Assembly (NCBI RefSeq): GCF_963506605.1
Contig: NC_083288.1
Coordinates: 29,822,001-29,886,000, forward strand
Origin: Zootoca vivipara
Lineage: Eukaryota
DNA: 64,000 nucleotides
Direction of reading: 5' to 3'
Positions 49,505-61,099 of this stretch are shown in pieces; the stretch's first letter is position 1; every line of letters starts with the position of its first letter. A program made the translations under genes and the position numbers. The notes under the pieces are model-generated. The model saw only the letters and a program-made list of their open reading frames with translations, had not been told where the DNA came from and ran no database searches.

Positions 49505-50479
49505 TTACAAAAGAGGACTGGAAAGGTTTTTCATAGAGGAGTGACTCAAACCCAATAGCTTTGACAGAGCATTTTTAATCTCCCTATTTCTCATGCTATA
49601 GATTACTGGATTCATCAAGGGTGGAACCATGGAATACATCACTGTAAATGCCAAATCTAGATGTGGTGAGGTATTAGAGGGAGGCCTTAAATATGCAAAG
49701 TAAGCAGTAAATACAAATAGGGCATAAACTATGAGATGGGGGAGGCAAGTTGAGAAAGCCTTTTGCCTTCCTTCAGTTGAGGGGATTTTCAGCACGGCGG
49801 TGAAAATGTACACATAGGTTATAACGATGAAGATAAAACAGCCAATCCCAATGACAGCACTTAAGACAAGAACTCCTACTTCCATTAGATACAAATCAGT
49901 GCAGACCAGCTTAAGTAACTGTGGGATTTCACAAAAAAATTGATTGACTACATTGGAACAAAAGGGGGATGCAAAGGTACCTCCGGTGTGTAACACTCCA
50001 TAGAAAAAGCTGCTGATCCATACACCAATAATCATTTGGATATAGGCCTGCCTATTCATCAGCATCCCATACTGTAATGGTTTGCAAATGGCAACGTACC
50101 GATCATATGCCATGACTGTGAGAAGAAAGAAATCAGATGCCATAAATGACATGAACAAGAGTACTTGTGCCACACACCCAGAGTAGGAAATGTACCTGGT
50201 GTTCATGAGGGAATTGAGCATGGATTTGGGATTAATGACTGAAACTTGTCCCAGGTCCTGCATGGCCAAGTTCATCAGGAAGAAGTACATAGGTGTGTGC
50301 AGGTGGTGGTCAAAGGCTACTGCAGAGATGATGAGAAGATTCCCTGTGACAGTTGCCAAATACAACGCCAGGAATATAATGGAATGTAGAATTTGTAGTT
50401 CCCGAATGTCTGAGAATTCCAGGAGGAGGAATTCTGAGAAAGATGATTGATTATCCATGCTCTGCTTCTTCACATTCAT
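49505..50479 (-). CDS. Olfactory receptor, family 14-like (B-type copy 4)
   Basis: Intact 324-aa ORF with all OR motifs. Confidence 0.96.
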   Translation of the reverse strand: MNVKKQSMDNQSSFSEFLLLEFSDIRELQILHSIIFLALYLATVTGNLLIISAVAFDHHLHTPMYFFLMNLAMQDLGQVSVINPKSMLNSLMNTRYISYSGCVAQVLLFMSFMASDFFLLTVMAYDRYVAICKPLQYGMLMNRQAYIQMIIGVWISSFFYGVLHTGGTFASPFCSNVVNQFFCEIPQLLKLVCTDLYLMEVGVLVLSAVIGIGCFIFIVITYVYIFTAVLKIPSTEGRQKAFSTCLPHLIVYALFVFTAYFAYLRPPSNTSPHLDLAFTVMYSMVPPLMNPVIYSMRNREIKNALSKLLGLSHSSMKNLSSPLL

Positions 50480-50663
50480 GTTGCTGTGGAAGGAAGCAGA
50501 AATAATGCTGTCGAGACGGTTACCCTTTTCATTTAAGTTTTTGTTGCTGATGATGATGTTAAGTTATTGTAGCAGGCAGCAACGTCCTGAAGAAGATATG
50601 ATTGGGGGGGGGGGCAATGAGCTCAAAAATGATGATGATGATGATGACTGTGAATACTAGTGC

Positions 50664-50698
<35 letters not shown>

Positions 50699-50794
50699 GC
50701 AATGCAATTATGTTTGTAAGGTCATTATTGTTTGTTCATACCACTGATCTACTACCGGTATTTCCATTAAGAGCTTGACTATTTAAAGGAGTTA

Positions 50795-51039
50795 CCGTGT
50801 TTCTCCAAAAATAAGATGCCGTCTTATATTTATTTTTCCTCAAAGAACACACTATGAACACACTATGGCTTATTTTCAGGGGATGTCCTATTTTTTTTCC
50901 CCTCCTCCTGCTGCGGCCGGCATTGCTGCTGTGCCTATCACTATGTCTTATATTCGGGGTATGGCTTATATTCCTTGAATGCTTAAAAATCCTGCTACGG
51001 CTTATTTTATGGCTACAACTTACTTTCGGAGAAACAGGG
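50795..51039. mobile_element. Tigger/pogo-like MITE
   Basis: TA TSD, imperfect TIR CCGTGTTTCTCCAAAAATAAG...CTTACTTTCGGAGAAACAGGG; empty site GAGTTAGATG in paralogs (~10271). Confidence 0.8.
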
Positions 51040-52662
51040 TAGATGCTTTCTGCTGACTGAGTCTTTTGAATGTGGATCAGATTCACATACACAATAATGT
51101 TGTCCAAGTCCAGTCAATACTAGCCAGATATTCTGGCCCCCCTAATATAATGCCATAGCTCAATTGTAGAAGGCAGAAGGCAATTTCATAATTTATTAGA
51201 AACCATGATGGCAGTGTGAATCTGACATGAGCTAACTCATCACTGTCAATAGTCATCATCTTTAACATCCTGCTGATTACTAAGGAGGGCCTTTACCATT
51301 CCTTTGTTTCTCCTGATTTCTCATCAGGGACAGATGCTTGGTAAAACTACAGTAAGCTTCTGATTTAATGGGAAAGCTCCCAGCTTAGGGAAAGAGCACA
51401 TGTTTCCTCAGATCAGCGTCTGGGATCTCCAAGAAAGCCCACTGCCTCACATCCTGTGGAGCTGCTGCCCATCAGGGTAGCCCACCTTTCCCCAACCTAG
51501 TGCCCTCCAGATGTTTTGGACTAGAACTTCCTAAGCACTGTCATGGCTGCCTGGGTCAAATGAATTGTAGTTCAAAACCTAAGGAGGGCAGCAGGTTGAG
51601 GCAGGCTGATGTACATGAAAACACAGGTAGCCAGTTTATACTGGGTCAAAACCAGTGGTCCATCTAGCTCAGTTTTGACTATAATGAATGGCAATGGCTT
51701 GCCGGTTACTAAATATTATTTCTACCACCTACCCTCCCCATCTGAAGATGCCTGGGATCTTCAGCATACAACAAGGGTCCTCCATCACTGAGCTGCAGAC
51801 CTTCCCCACTGGCAGTGCTGAAGTAGAGGTACCAATGGTGTGACTCAGCATGTGACAATGGTTGCCTCCTTTCCACAGGATGGAAGGTTTTGAAAGAATG
51901 GGAAAGAAATTGGTGTCCAACCAATTACTGCTGATGAACAGTGGTAGAAATTTGAAGGGTAATATGGACAGAGGGAAGTCTGAACTTGTAACAGCCCAAA
52001 GAAAAAAAAATAACATGTGACAGTTACAATTTAAAAGTAAGAGGGAAAAGATATCATAGTAAAATACACATCATATAATCATCAGCTAGGTGGAAATGAA
52101 AATAAGTCCTAAAGAAAAAGAGCAACGTAGGCTTTGCAGAGTATAATGTGAAGCTGCACCACAATTGCCACAAAATTATCCAGACAGTCACAGTATTATT
52201 TCAGTTAATATTTGCCCAGGATATACAAAACCTTTCCCCTTAATATTTGACAGGGTTCAACATCACCAGGGTTTTAAGAAATAAAAAAATAAAAACTCCT
52301 CTTTTTAAAACTCCTCAGATATTTTCCCAGATGAGAAATATGGATATTGAATGTAAATTTGAATTTACATTCTATTTCAGTGACTAGTCCTATCGCCAAC
52401 TGTATACCTCTGAGTTAGAAATCTATGGCAAATTCATTCAATTCATGTTGCTATTCACTTTCTAGTATGAAAACATCTGAAAATATCCAGAATATAGATT
52501 CTATACATGTTGATGTACCTTGTGTTATGTCAGATTCATGAACAGAGGTAGAGAGTTCCAGGAGAGAGTGACTATTGGTGCAGGAGACAATATGACAGAA
52601 AGAGATGACGAAGGGAGGGTGACCGGTTCATTTCTTTCATTCAGAAAATCCAAAGAAAGTAT

Positions 52663-52930
52663 CTTACTATTTTTCTTCATTTTCTTTTACTTCTCCAGTG
52701 CCATTAAATGACTTGATGCCACTCCAGCAAAACATGTAATTTTATAAGAATCCACTTATGTTGGTATCTATTTTAGGACAATAAACATTTATCAACATGA
52801 GGAAGAAATTGATTAATATATCTTCTGTCTTCCTAGAGATTTGTTCTCATGGGAATTCAACACATCTCAGCATTTGGGTTGTACAGAAACAATGATATAT
52901 TTTGGTCAGTTTTGCTAATTTGATTAGGAA
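52663..52930 (-). promoter_or_regulatory. Putative OR promoter and first exon (B4)
   Basis: GTAAG donor 52663-52667, TATAAAA 52740-52746, O/E 52845-52854. Confidence 0.65.
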
Positions 52931-53167
52931 AGTCTGTTTGTTTAGGGTATCAGGAGAATAATGAGACTAATAGGGGAACTAATCATTCCGCTACAATTTT
53001 AGCAAATGTACTCATTTGCATGCAATTCTTCAGGCATGGAGAGCTCTAATTGCCAGTGTTAATGATGAGCAGCACCACATAAAGCCTTGTGTCACAGGGC
53101 AAGGTGGTGAATAAATCACACAGTTCAGAATAATGTGAAATTATTCCGCAATCTGACACAAAATAAT

Positions 53168-53312
53168 AATAGAATCATAGAGTTGGAAGGGACTCTGAGG
53201 ATCATTCTAGTCCAACCCCTGCAATGCAGGACTATGCAGCCGTCCGATACGGGAATCAAACCTGCAACATTGGCATTTTCAGTGCCATGCTCTAGGCAAC
53301 TGAGCTATCCAG
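53168..53312 (-). mobile_element. tRNA-derived SINE with CR1-like 3' tail
   Basis: Minus strand: A box TAGCTCAGTTG, B box GGTTTGATTCC, tail CCCTTCCAACTCTATGATTCTA. Confidence 0.75.
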
Positions 53313-53809
53313 GCTTCATTCACAGTATATATCCAATACTTCAGAAAATGTCTACCTGGGATGTACACATCCTTCCTCAGGAACACTTGACTACTTTTAG
53401 CAAACTTTCAAGGCTTTTCTTTAATGCAGAAAAGTCCTCTCCTTAAGATACTTCAGGTGAGGAGGAATGTCCAATTCAATTGTCAGTTGACATTAGCAAA
53501 TATTCAGTCTTGCTATCGATAACCTGTAGCCCTCCAGGATGGAGATTATACAGCAGATTTCTTTAATCCACATTGCAATTCACTTGATTGTGTGAAAATA
53601 TCTGAAAATTTCAAGAAAATAGACAAAGTGCATACACTTAAGTACTTTGTCCAATTCCAGACTCAAGAATACAGAGAAACTTGCAGGACAGAGCGACTAT
53701 ACAGTATGTGGAGGAAAGACCATGATAGAGAGATAGGGACATAGGGAGGGGAGATTAATTATTTTCATATAGAGTCCAATTGCAAAAAACAAAACAAAAA
53801 ACTAAACAG

Positions 53810-54030
53810 CTTACTATTTTTCTTTGTAGAATTCTTTCCACATTTTTTAAATGACTGCATATCATACCAGCTACACATGCAATTATATAAAAATACTCCT
53901 ACACTTGGAACTATAAGGGCAATAAAATTTGTCAGCATGGGGAGGAGATTTATTAATAACTCATTTCTGTTCCTAGAGATTTGGTTTCAGAGGAATTGAA
54001 AGCCTCTCGGTAGTAGAGCTGCACAGAAAC
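53810..54030 (-). promoter_or_regulatory. Orphan diverged OR promoter and first exon
   Basis: GTAAG donor 53810-53814, TATA-like 53883-53890, CATGGGGA and TCCTAGAGA blocks as in the other promoters. Confidence 0.55.
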
Positions 54031-54331
54031 AAAAATTTTTCACATATGACAATCCAAAGAAACAACAGCTTAGAATGGATATATGCCCATTTTCAGAAGC
54101 ATCCACAACAGGAACTGCAGCAAGGTGAATGGTCACGGCTGCATGTTTAATTAGTACCAGGAACATAGAATTATGGAATGAGGTGTTTGGGGGAAAGTCA
54201 AGTTAGCTCTACTCCCTTCTCAAATGAGGAAGGTATCTTTTTTGATCCCTCTATCCCTCTCCTCCATTCGTAGGAAATGAATCGTGATAGCATTTTATTC
54301 TGTGAACTGCCCTGAGATCTCCGGGACAGTA

Positions 54332-54377
<46 letters not shown>

Positions 54378-54839
54378 TTCAAAGAGATAGCTGTATCTCA
54401 TCCCAGCACAAAACAGCTCCAACTGACCTACATCATTTGCTCCCTCATTTTATCCTCATAGGAACTGTAAGGAAAACACTAGCTAAGGCCAAAAGTCAAA
54501 CGTTGAACTTTTTGTGCGAGTGGGAATTTGAACCCGTTTCAATACGATCAAACAGACTTCCCCATACTGGTGCCCTTCAGATGTTTTGGACCAACGTCTA
54601 TCAGCCCCAGCCAGAATAAGCTAATGGTCACTCCAAAATAACACACAGACACTCCAAAATAATACACAGGGGTGGGAGAAGAAGGCTGCTGTAAACAGAG
54701 GGTCTCCTGAAGATACCATTTCATCAGCAGATCTGTTCCATTTGGGCCTTTAGTGTGGTGGCATTTACCCTGTGGAAATCCTTCCATTTATATATTAGGC
54801 AATGTCTATATTGCCTTTTTGGCATCTGTTGAGGACTTT

Positions 54840-55478
54840 CAGAGGCGTCTTTCTCATAGGGCCTAGTGGCTCCGGCCTCTCAGGGGCGCTGGCAGGGCGC
54901 AACCAACCACTAAGCCCTATGGCTCCTCCTTTTCCTCCTCTCCCTTGGCTGCAGGAATCCCCTCAGCCGCTGCCTGCTGAGCTGCTGCAGCAAGAGCACC
55001 GGCAGTGGGCTGTCGTCAGGCAGCGGAGGAGGAGGAGGTGCCCCGGAGCCTCGCAAGTGAGCATGGGGTTCCGGCGGTCTGGCCAGGACTCCGTGTCACG
55101 CCTCCTTCTCCTTTCCCCCACTCTGGGCTCCGCTCAGTCAAGCTTCGCCACCAGCGTGCTCACAGCGCCCAAATGGCTTTTGCTGGTCCCACGGTGCGTG
55201 CACTGGTGGCTCGTGGAATGCAGGGCAGAGGCGGGCGCACGGCGCCACGTCTCTCTGGCTGGGGCTCCTGCTCTTTCTCCCGCAAGCCAGAGACTTTGGG
55301 AGTCACGCAGCATGTCACTTTCCTTCCCCGAGGCTGGAAGAGGGAGGGCAACACCTCCTCCACACCCCTCCCTCTTTGGGAAAGCTGCAAGCTCTGGTGA
55401 GCTCTAAATTTTGAAAAAGGGAAGGGGCACCGGAGGGATCTTTGCGCCACGGTGCTAGATGTGCTTAAGATGGCCCTG
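54840..55478. mobile_element. GC-rich hAT non-autonomous element
   Basis: 8-bp TSD AGGACTTT; right end GCTTAAGATGGCCCTG resembles the ends of the 1986 and 5496 elements. Confidence 0.8.
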
Positions 55479-56986
55479 AGGACTTTCATCTTTCAACATG
55501 CCTTCTAAGTGGATGGTCTTATCCCAGTTGGTATCTGTATTGGATTTGACAATATTTGTGCTAAATCAGGACTTCTTTTACCCTTGGTTAACCCTCCAGG
55601 GGTGAAAAGCCAGTGATGGTTGTAGTCACCCCACTCTCTCTCACACACACAGAGAGAGTGGCACACATTTCAAATAGCACCTACTTCCCAATTGATTCAT
55701 GGAGATGAGCTGAAGAATGGTACTATTTCTCCACTTTACTCATCAAACGATCACCATGATGACTAGGGACTGGGTGCTAGTCTCATCCAAGCATGGAATC
55801 TACATTCTCTTTTGTACTTTTTGTGAAATTCAGAAAAGTCTTAGCTAGGGCTGGGCGAAAAATGCCCCCCCCCCCCAAAAAAAAAATGTGTGTTGTTGGC
55901 CTCACTACCGGTACTTCTAAATATCAGAGATTTGTTTTTCAGAGTACAATAAACAAGAGTGATATCAAGCCAGTATGGATTACACAGACCATGACCTTAC
56001 ATTTATAAGAATTAGAATGTCAACAAACAGAGCAAAAAGTGAATTAACATATAAAGAGAAAAGTAGTATAAATGCCTCTTTACTTATGAACACTTCAGAA
56101 TAATGTTGAGTTACAGAGTATTTCAAACTTTAGCATGTCTAGTTTACAATACTCACAACTTCTGAAATGTATTTCAGGTGCAAAATGTATGCTAAATTAG
56201 ATGGGAAATGTGAGTAATTAGGCAGCATTTAATAATTTTTAAAAATGAATACTCCAAATTTTACAGCTTAAATATGTGCACATAGTGTAAACATCACAAA
56301 AATATCAGTTTCTCATTGGGATTTACAAATACTGCACATTTATAGGAAAAGCTTGTGAGATTATTAACACATTAGACACAGAAAAAAAATATCATTGTGC
56401 CTTGAGCCAACTTAAATGAATGTCAGGGGCGCAATCTTTAGCCATTTAATTATTGAAGTAAACTTAATTGAATTCAGTGGTGAATATGTCCAATCTGACA
56501 TGCACAGAATTGCACTGTAATTTTGTTTAACTGAGGAAGGGCGACTACAGATAAATCCAGTCAAGACAGAAGCAATGGTGAACACCAGCCAATCTGAGCA
56601 GACGGCAAAGGTGTAGATGGTGCAACTGACCTGGAGGAATGGATGGAGGATGACTTTGTGAACACATAGAGAATTTTGTGTCTACACACCCAAATGTACC
56701 CATAAAATAAATGGTGAGTATCACAGAAATCAGAGTTGAAAGTGACTTGAAATGTCAACTTGCCTAATTCCCTGCTGATGCAGGAAAACCACTATTATAG
56801 CATCCCTAGCATATGGCCATCCATCATTTGCCTTTAAAAAAATGACTCATTTCCATCACCCTTTGACACCACCCTATTTTACTGTCAAAGTAATCTTTCA
56901 TCAAAATATCTTTTGTTGCAAATCAAACCTATTGGTGCAGGTCTTGTCATCTGGAGCAAAGGGAACTCTAAACATATCCAGACCCT

Positions 56987-57970
56987 TCACCTTTGGAGGA
57001 AAAAAAAACTAGAGAAGGCATTCATAGAAGAGAGCCTTGAACCCAGCAGTTTTGACAAAGCATTTTTTACCTCCTTGTTTCTCATGCTGTAGATTATTGG
57101 ATTCATCAGTGGTGGAACCATGGAATATATCATGGTAAATGCCAAATCCAAGTGTGATGGACTGTTAGAGGTGGGCTTGAGGTAAGCAAAGCAGCCAGTG
57201 AACACAAATATAGAGACAACAATGAGGTGGGGAAGACATGTGGAGAACGCCCTTTGCCTTCCCTCAGCAGAGGGGATTTTCAGCACTTCGGTGAAGATTT
57301 GTACATAGGTTGCAATGATGAAGATGAAGCAGCCTAACACAGTGACAGATCCTAACACAATAGCTCCAATTTCAAAAAGGTACAAATCAGAGCAGGCCAT
57401 CTTAAGCAAATGTGGGACTTCGCAGAAAAACTGATTGACCACATTGGAGCAAAGGGGGGAAGAAAAGGTACACCCAGTGTGTAAAACTCCACAAAGAAAG
57501 CTGCTGATCCATACTCTAATAACCATTTGGATGCAGGCTTGCATATTCATCAACATCTCATACTGTAGCGGTTTGCAAATGGCAACATATCGATCATATG
57601 CCATAACTGTGAGGAGAAAGAAATCGGATATTAAAAAGAAGAGAAAGAAGAAGACTTGAGCAACACATCCTGCGTAAGAAATGTATCTAATATTTAAGAG
57701 GGTGTTGGCCATGGATTTGGGCATAATCACTGAAACTGAACCAATGTCCTGTATAGCCAAGTTGATGAGAAAGAAGTACATGGGTGTTTGCAGGTGGGAG
57801 TCAAAGGCTACTGCAGAGATGATGAGAATATTTCCTATAAGTGCTGCCAGATAAAAAGCAAGGAACATACAGAAGTGTAGAATCTGTAGTTCCCTTACTT
57901 CTGAAAATTCCATTAGAAGAAATCCTGACGGAGAGGATTGATTAACTATGCTTTGCTCCTTAGTATCCAT
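56987..57970 (-). CDS. Olfactory receptor, family 14-like (divergent C-type)
   Basis: Intact 327-aa ORF: LQTPMYFFL, MAYDRYVAIC, RAFSTCLPHL, PPLMNPIIYSMRN; CAG acceptor 5 nt before ATG. Confidence 0.96.
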   Translation of the reverse strand: MDTKEQSIVNQSSPSGFLLMEFSEVRELQILHFCMFLAFYLAALIGNILIISAVAFDSHLQTPMYFFLINLAIQDIGSVSVIMPKSMANTLLNIRYISYAGCVAQVFFFLFFLISDFFLLTVMAYDRYVAICKPLQYEMLMNMQACIQMVIRVWISSFLCGVLHTGCTFSSPLCSNVVNQFFCEVPHLLKMACSDLYLFEIGAIVLGSVTVLGCFIFIIATYVQIFTEVLKIPSAEGRQRAFSTCLPHLIVVSIFVFTGCFAYLKPTSNSPSHLDLAFTMIYSMVPPLMNPIIYSMRNKEVKNALSKLLGSRLSSMNAFSSFFFLQR

Positions 57971-58148
57971 GCTGTCTGTGGAAGGAAATGGGACAGGTGT
58001 TAAGAGGAAATTGAAAGATTGTAAGCAGTGGACCTACAGTAAAGTACTTGCACTTTGGATTTCAAAATAGCAATAATAGTTACAGCTATGCATCATGTAT
58101 TTTGGAAAAAGAAGTTATGCTATGTCCATACACCAAGGTAGTGGTATA

Positions 58149-58392
58149 GAGTGGTACCTCTACTTACGAATTTAATGCGTTCTGAACGCACATTCGTAAG
58201 TCGGAAAAAATTGTAAGTCGAATTCCACAGGAATGCATTGGGAGAAAAAAATTCGTAAGTCGAAGCAACCCTATCTAAAAATTCATAAGTAGAAAAAATC
58301 CTATATAAATCCCATCCAAGATGGTGGACGGAGTTCCGTTCGTAAGTAGAAACATTCGTAAGTAGAGTTATCTGTAAGTAGAGGTACCACTG
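58149..58392. mobile_element. Tc1/mariner MITE
   Basis: TIR AGTGGTACCTCTACTTAC...GTAAGTAGAGGTACCACTG, TA TSD. Confidence 0.85.
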
Positions 58393-58684
58393 TAATCTAA
58401 AATATGCAGATGGAAGCAATTTTAAAACTGGTAACGAGGCAGGGGCAGGCAGAAGAAGAATAGGTGATTGCTGTAACTGAGTATACATTGACTTCTACTT
58501 CTTTACTGAGAATTCATGCCAATTTATTTGGTCAAATTTTACAGAAGGGTGCTATAATAGTCATTGTTTATTGAACATTCATTATGATTTGGTTGTTAGG
58601 AGGTGCACTTTCTCATTACTTTCCTTAGTGCAAAAAAATTATAATAGAGCCCCAAATCCACAAAAATATCCATTCACCTGGGGC

Positions 58685-58688
<4 letters not shown>

Positions 58689-58739
<51 letters not shown>
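58689..58739. repeat. (GT)n microsatellite
   Basis: Directly visible. Confidence 0.95.
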
Positions 58740-58740
<1 letters not shown>

Positions 58741-58982
58741 TGTTTGCCACACAGCATGGTCATGTCCAGACAGGGGAAATCACCACCTACCTGCATTGCT
58801 GGGGGAGGGTGATGGTTGCCTACCACCACCCTCCACCTTGCTGTGCCAGACCTTCAAAATGGGCAGGCCTTACCCACAAAGCAATTGGGGCAAGAGCATG
58901 GGGGGCTGCCTACCCCTGATGTATTTAGGAAGGCAACCTGGAGCAGGCTGCCCTCTTGGTTGATTTGCCAGTATGTAACTAA

Positions 58983-59315
58983 ACACATAAGAAGAGCTCA
59001 ACTGGATCAGGCCAAAGGCCTCTGTGCTCTAGAATCCTGTTATCACAGTGACCAACCAGATCCCTATGAGAAGCCTGAGTTGAAGAGCAACCCCTAGTTT
59101 TTAGTGGTATTTAGAGGCAGACTGCTGTCTTTGACACTAGAGGTGGAACAGAGCCATCATGGCCAGAAAATGCCATTAACACTTTGTGTCATAAATTAGT
59201 CTAATTCCCTCTTTTAAAGCCACCCAAGTCGGTGACTCTGACTACAATTTGTGGAAGTGAATTCCATTGCTAAAGGATATGCTATGTGAAGAAGGACTTT
59301 CTTTTGTCTATCCTA
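58983..59315 (-). mobile_element. Old CR1-like LINE 3' fragment
   Basis: ACATAAGAAGAGC...CTGGATCAGGCCAAAGG-type CR1 3' terminus in reverse. Confidence 0.5.
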
Positions 59316-59947
59316 AATTAAACAACCTTAAGGTTCCAGGTATTGGTGCGTATTGGTCCACTTTTCTGTATTTTGCAATGCAATTCTGCAATCTCCCCCC
59401 CCCCCCAATACATTAAACATGTATGTATAGTGCATATTATGGGAAACTGCAATAAAAATGCACACAACAGTGAATGTTAGTGGGGGGAATGTACAAAGAT
59501 ATATTATGTTTGGGGAAGGTTCTTGTAAATGTATGTAGTGGATATAATTGTGTGAAAATGAATATTTTAAGAAAAAAATGTGCATGGCAATTTGTATGAA
59601 TGTTCATGCAGACTATTCAGCAAAAAACACACACAGAAACTGATGTGGAAATACTGCAAAGAGAACTTAAGATTGTAAAAATGAGTAATGGAGAAAAATC
59701 AAAATTGAGAGATTCATCCATCTTTATCAAAAACTGCACAATAGACTGTTTACCCATTCTAAGCAATTAAAATGAACTGTAATAATCTGTTCTGTTTGAG
59801 TTTCATTGACAATAGAGAGTGCTGTGGGAAGGAGCAAATGTATGGGAAAGAAAAGAATGAGAGAGGGGAAAGGGAGGAGAGTGCATTGATTTTGCTTTGA
59901 GCTCAATTGACTACTAAGATCATAAGAAAAATGTAAGCACCTAATAG

Positions 59948-60160
59948 CTTACCATTTTTTCTTCACAAATTTCTCTCAACTTCATATTCTCTCCCTCCCT
60001 CCTCCAGTGGAAGTATTGAACATGTATCAGTTGAGCCATACAATACACTTTATAAACCCCTTTGTGTGGATCTATGATGACAATATCAATTTGTTAATGT
60101 GGGAAGGGACAATCATGTCCCTTTTGTGTTCTTAGAGATCTGCTCTCTTGGGAATCCAAG
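59948..60160 (-). promoter_or_regulatory. Putative promoter and first exon of C-type OR
   Basis: G|GTAAG donor 59948-59952, TATAAA 60049-60056, O/E TCCCAAGAGA 60144-60153, TCTCTAAGA 60130-60138; spacing conserved despite divergent surroundings. Confidence 0.62.
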
Positions 60161-60182
60161 ACTTCTCATTAGTAAGGCATAC

Positions 60183-60544
60183 TAAAGGCAAAGCTAAAGG
60201 AACCCCTGACAGTTAAGTCTAGTTGCAGATGACACGGGGGTTGCGGCACTCATCTCGCTCTACAGGCCGAGGGAGTCGCCGTTTGTCCGCAGACAGCTTC
60301 CAGGTCATGTGGCCAGCATGATTAAGCCGTTTCTGGCGAACCAGAGCAGCACGCAGAAACGCTGTTTACCTTCCCGCCGGAGCGGTACCTATTTATCTAC
60401 TTGCACTTGATGTGGTTTTGAACTGCTATGTGGGCAGGAGCAGGGACCAAGCAACAGGAGTTCACCCCATCGTGGAGATTCAAACTGCCGACCTTCTGAT
60501 CAGCAAGCCCTAGGCTCAGTGGTTTAGACCACAGCACCAACTGC

Positions 60545-60547
<3 letters not shown>
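60183..60547 (-). mobile_element. Sauria SINE (lacertid-like), about full length
   Basis: Diagnostic CAGCTTCC.GGTCATGTGGCCAGCATGA, TTTACCTTCCCGCCGGAGCGGTACCTATTTATCTACT, tRNA-like head, (ACCTTT)-like tail. Confidence 0.9.

Positions 60548-60608
<61 letters not shown>
60546..60608. repeat. (CT)n microsatellite
   Basis: Directly visible. Confidence 0.95.
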
Positions 60609-60612
<4 letters not shown>

Positions 60613-60721
60613 ATATGATAAGTAAAGACTGACAAAAGTTCATGAGAATTACAAAGGAATATAGAAAGCTGTCTTGTACTGAATCAGACCATTGGTCTAT
60701 CTAGCTCAGCATTGTCTGCAC

Positions 60722-60857
60722 CAGGCATCCCCAAACTGCGGCCCTCCATATGTTTTGGCCTACAACTCCCATGATCCCTAGCTAACAGGGCCAGTGGTCA
60801 GGGACGATGGGAATTGTAGTCCAAAACATCTGGTGGGCCGAAGTCTGGGGATGCCTG
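60722..60857. mobile_element. Palindromic hAT MITE nested in a SINE remnant
   Basis: TIR CAGGCATCCCCA...TGGGGATGCCTG; TSD GTCTGCAC/GTCTACAC. Confidence 0.85.
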
Positions 60858-61099
60858 GTCTACACTGACTGGCATTGGCTCTCCAGAATGCCTGAATGTT
60901 TCTGATGCTTTTGACCTGCACCACTGGACTGGAGATTAGGAATCTCTCTCTCAAACCTCTTTCTCCAGCACAGACAGAGGCAGCCCCCTCTAAATAAAAA
61001 TTCTACTCAGCCACCCCATCTACCCAGCCTAAGCCACCTAAATTTTGGGAGCCTGGGTGTCGCAAGAAGAAGGAATAATAATAATAATAATAATAATAA

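Noticed and set aside
53235-53312. tRNA gene
   Set aside because: Degenerate A/B boxes fused to a CR1-like tail; it is a SINE head
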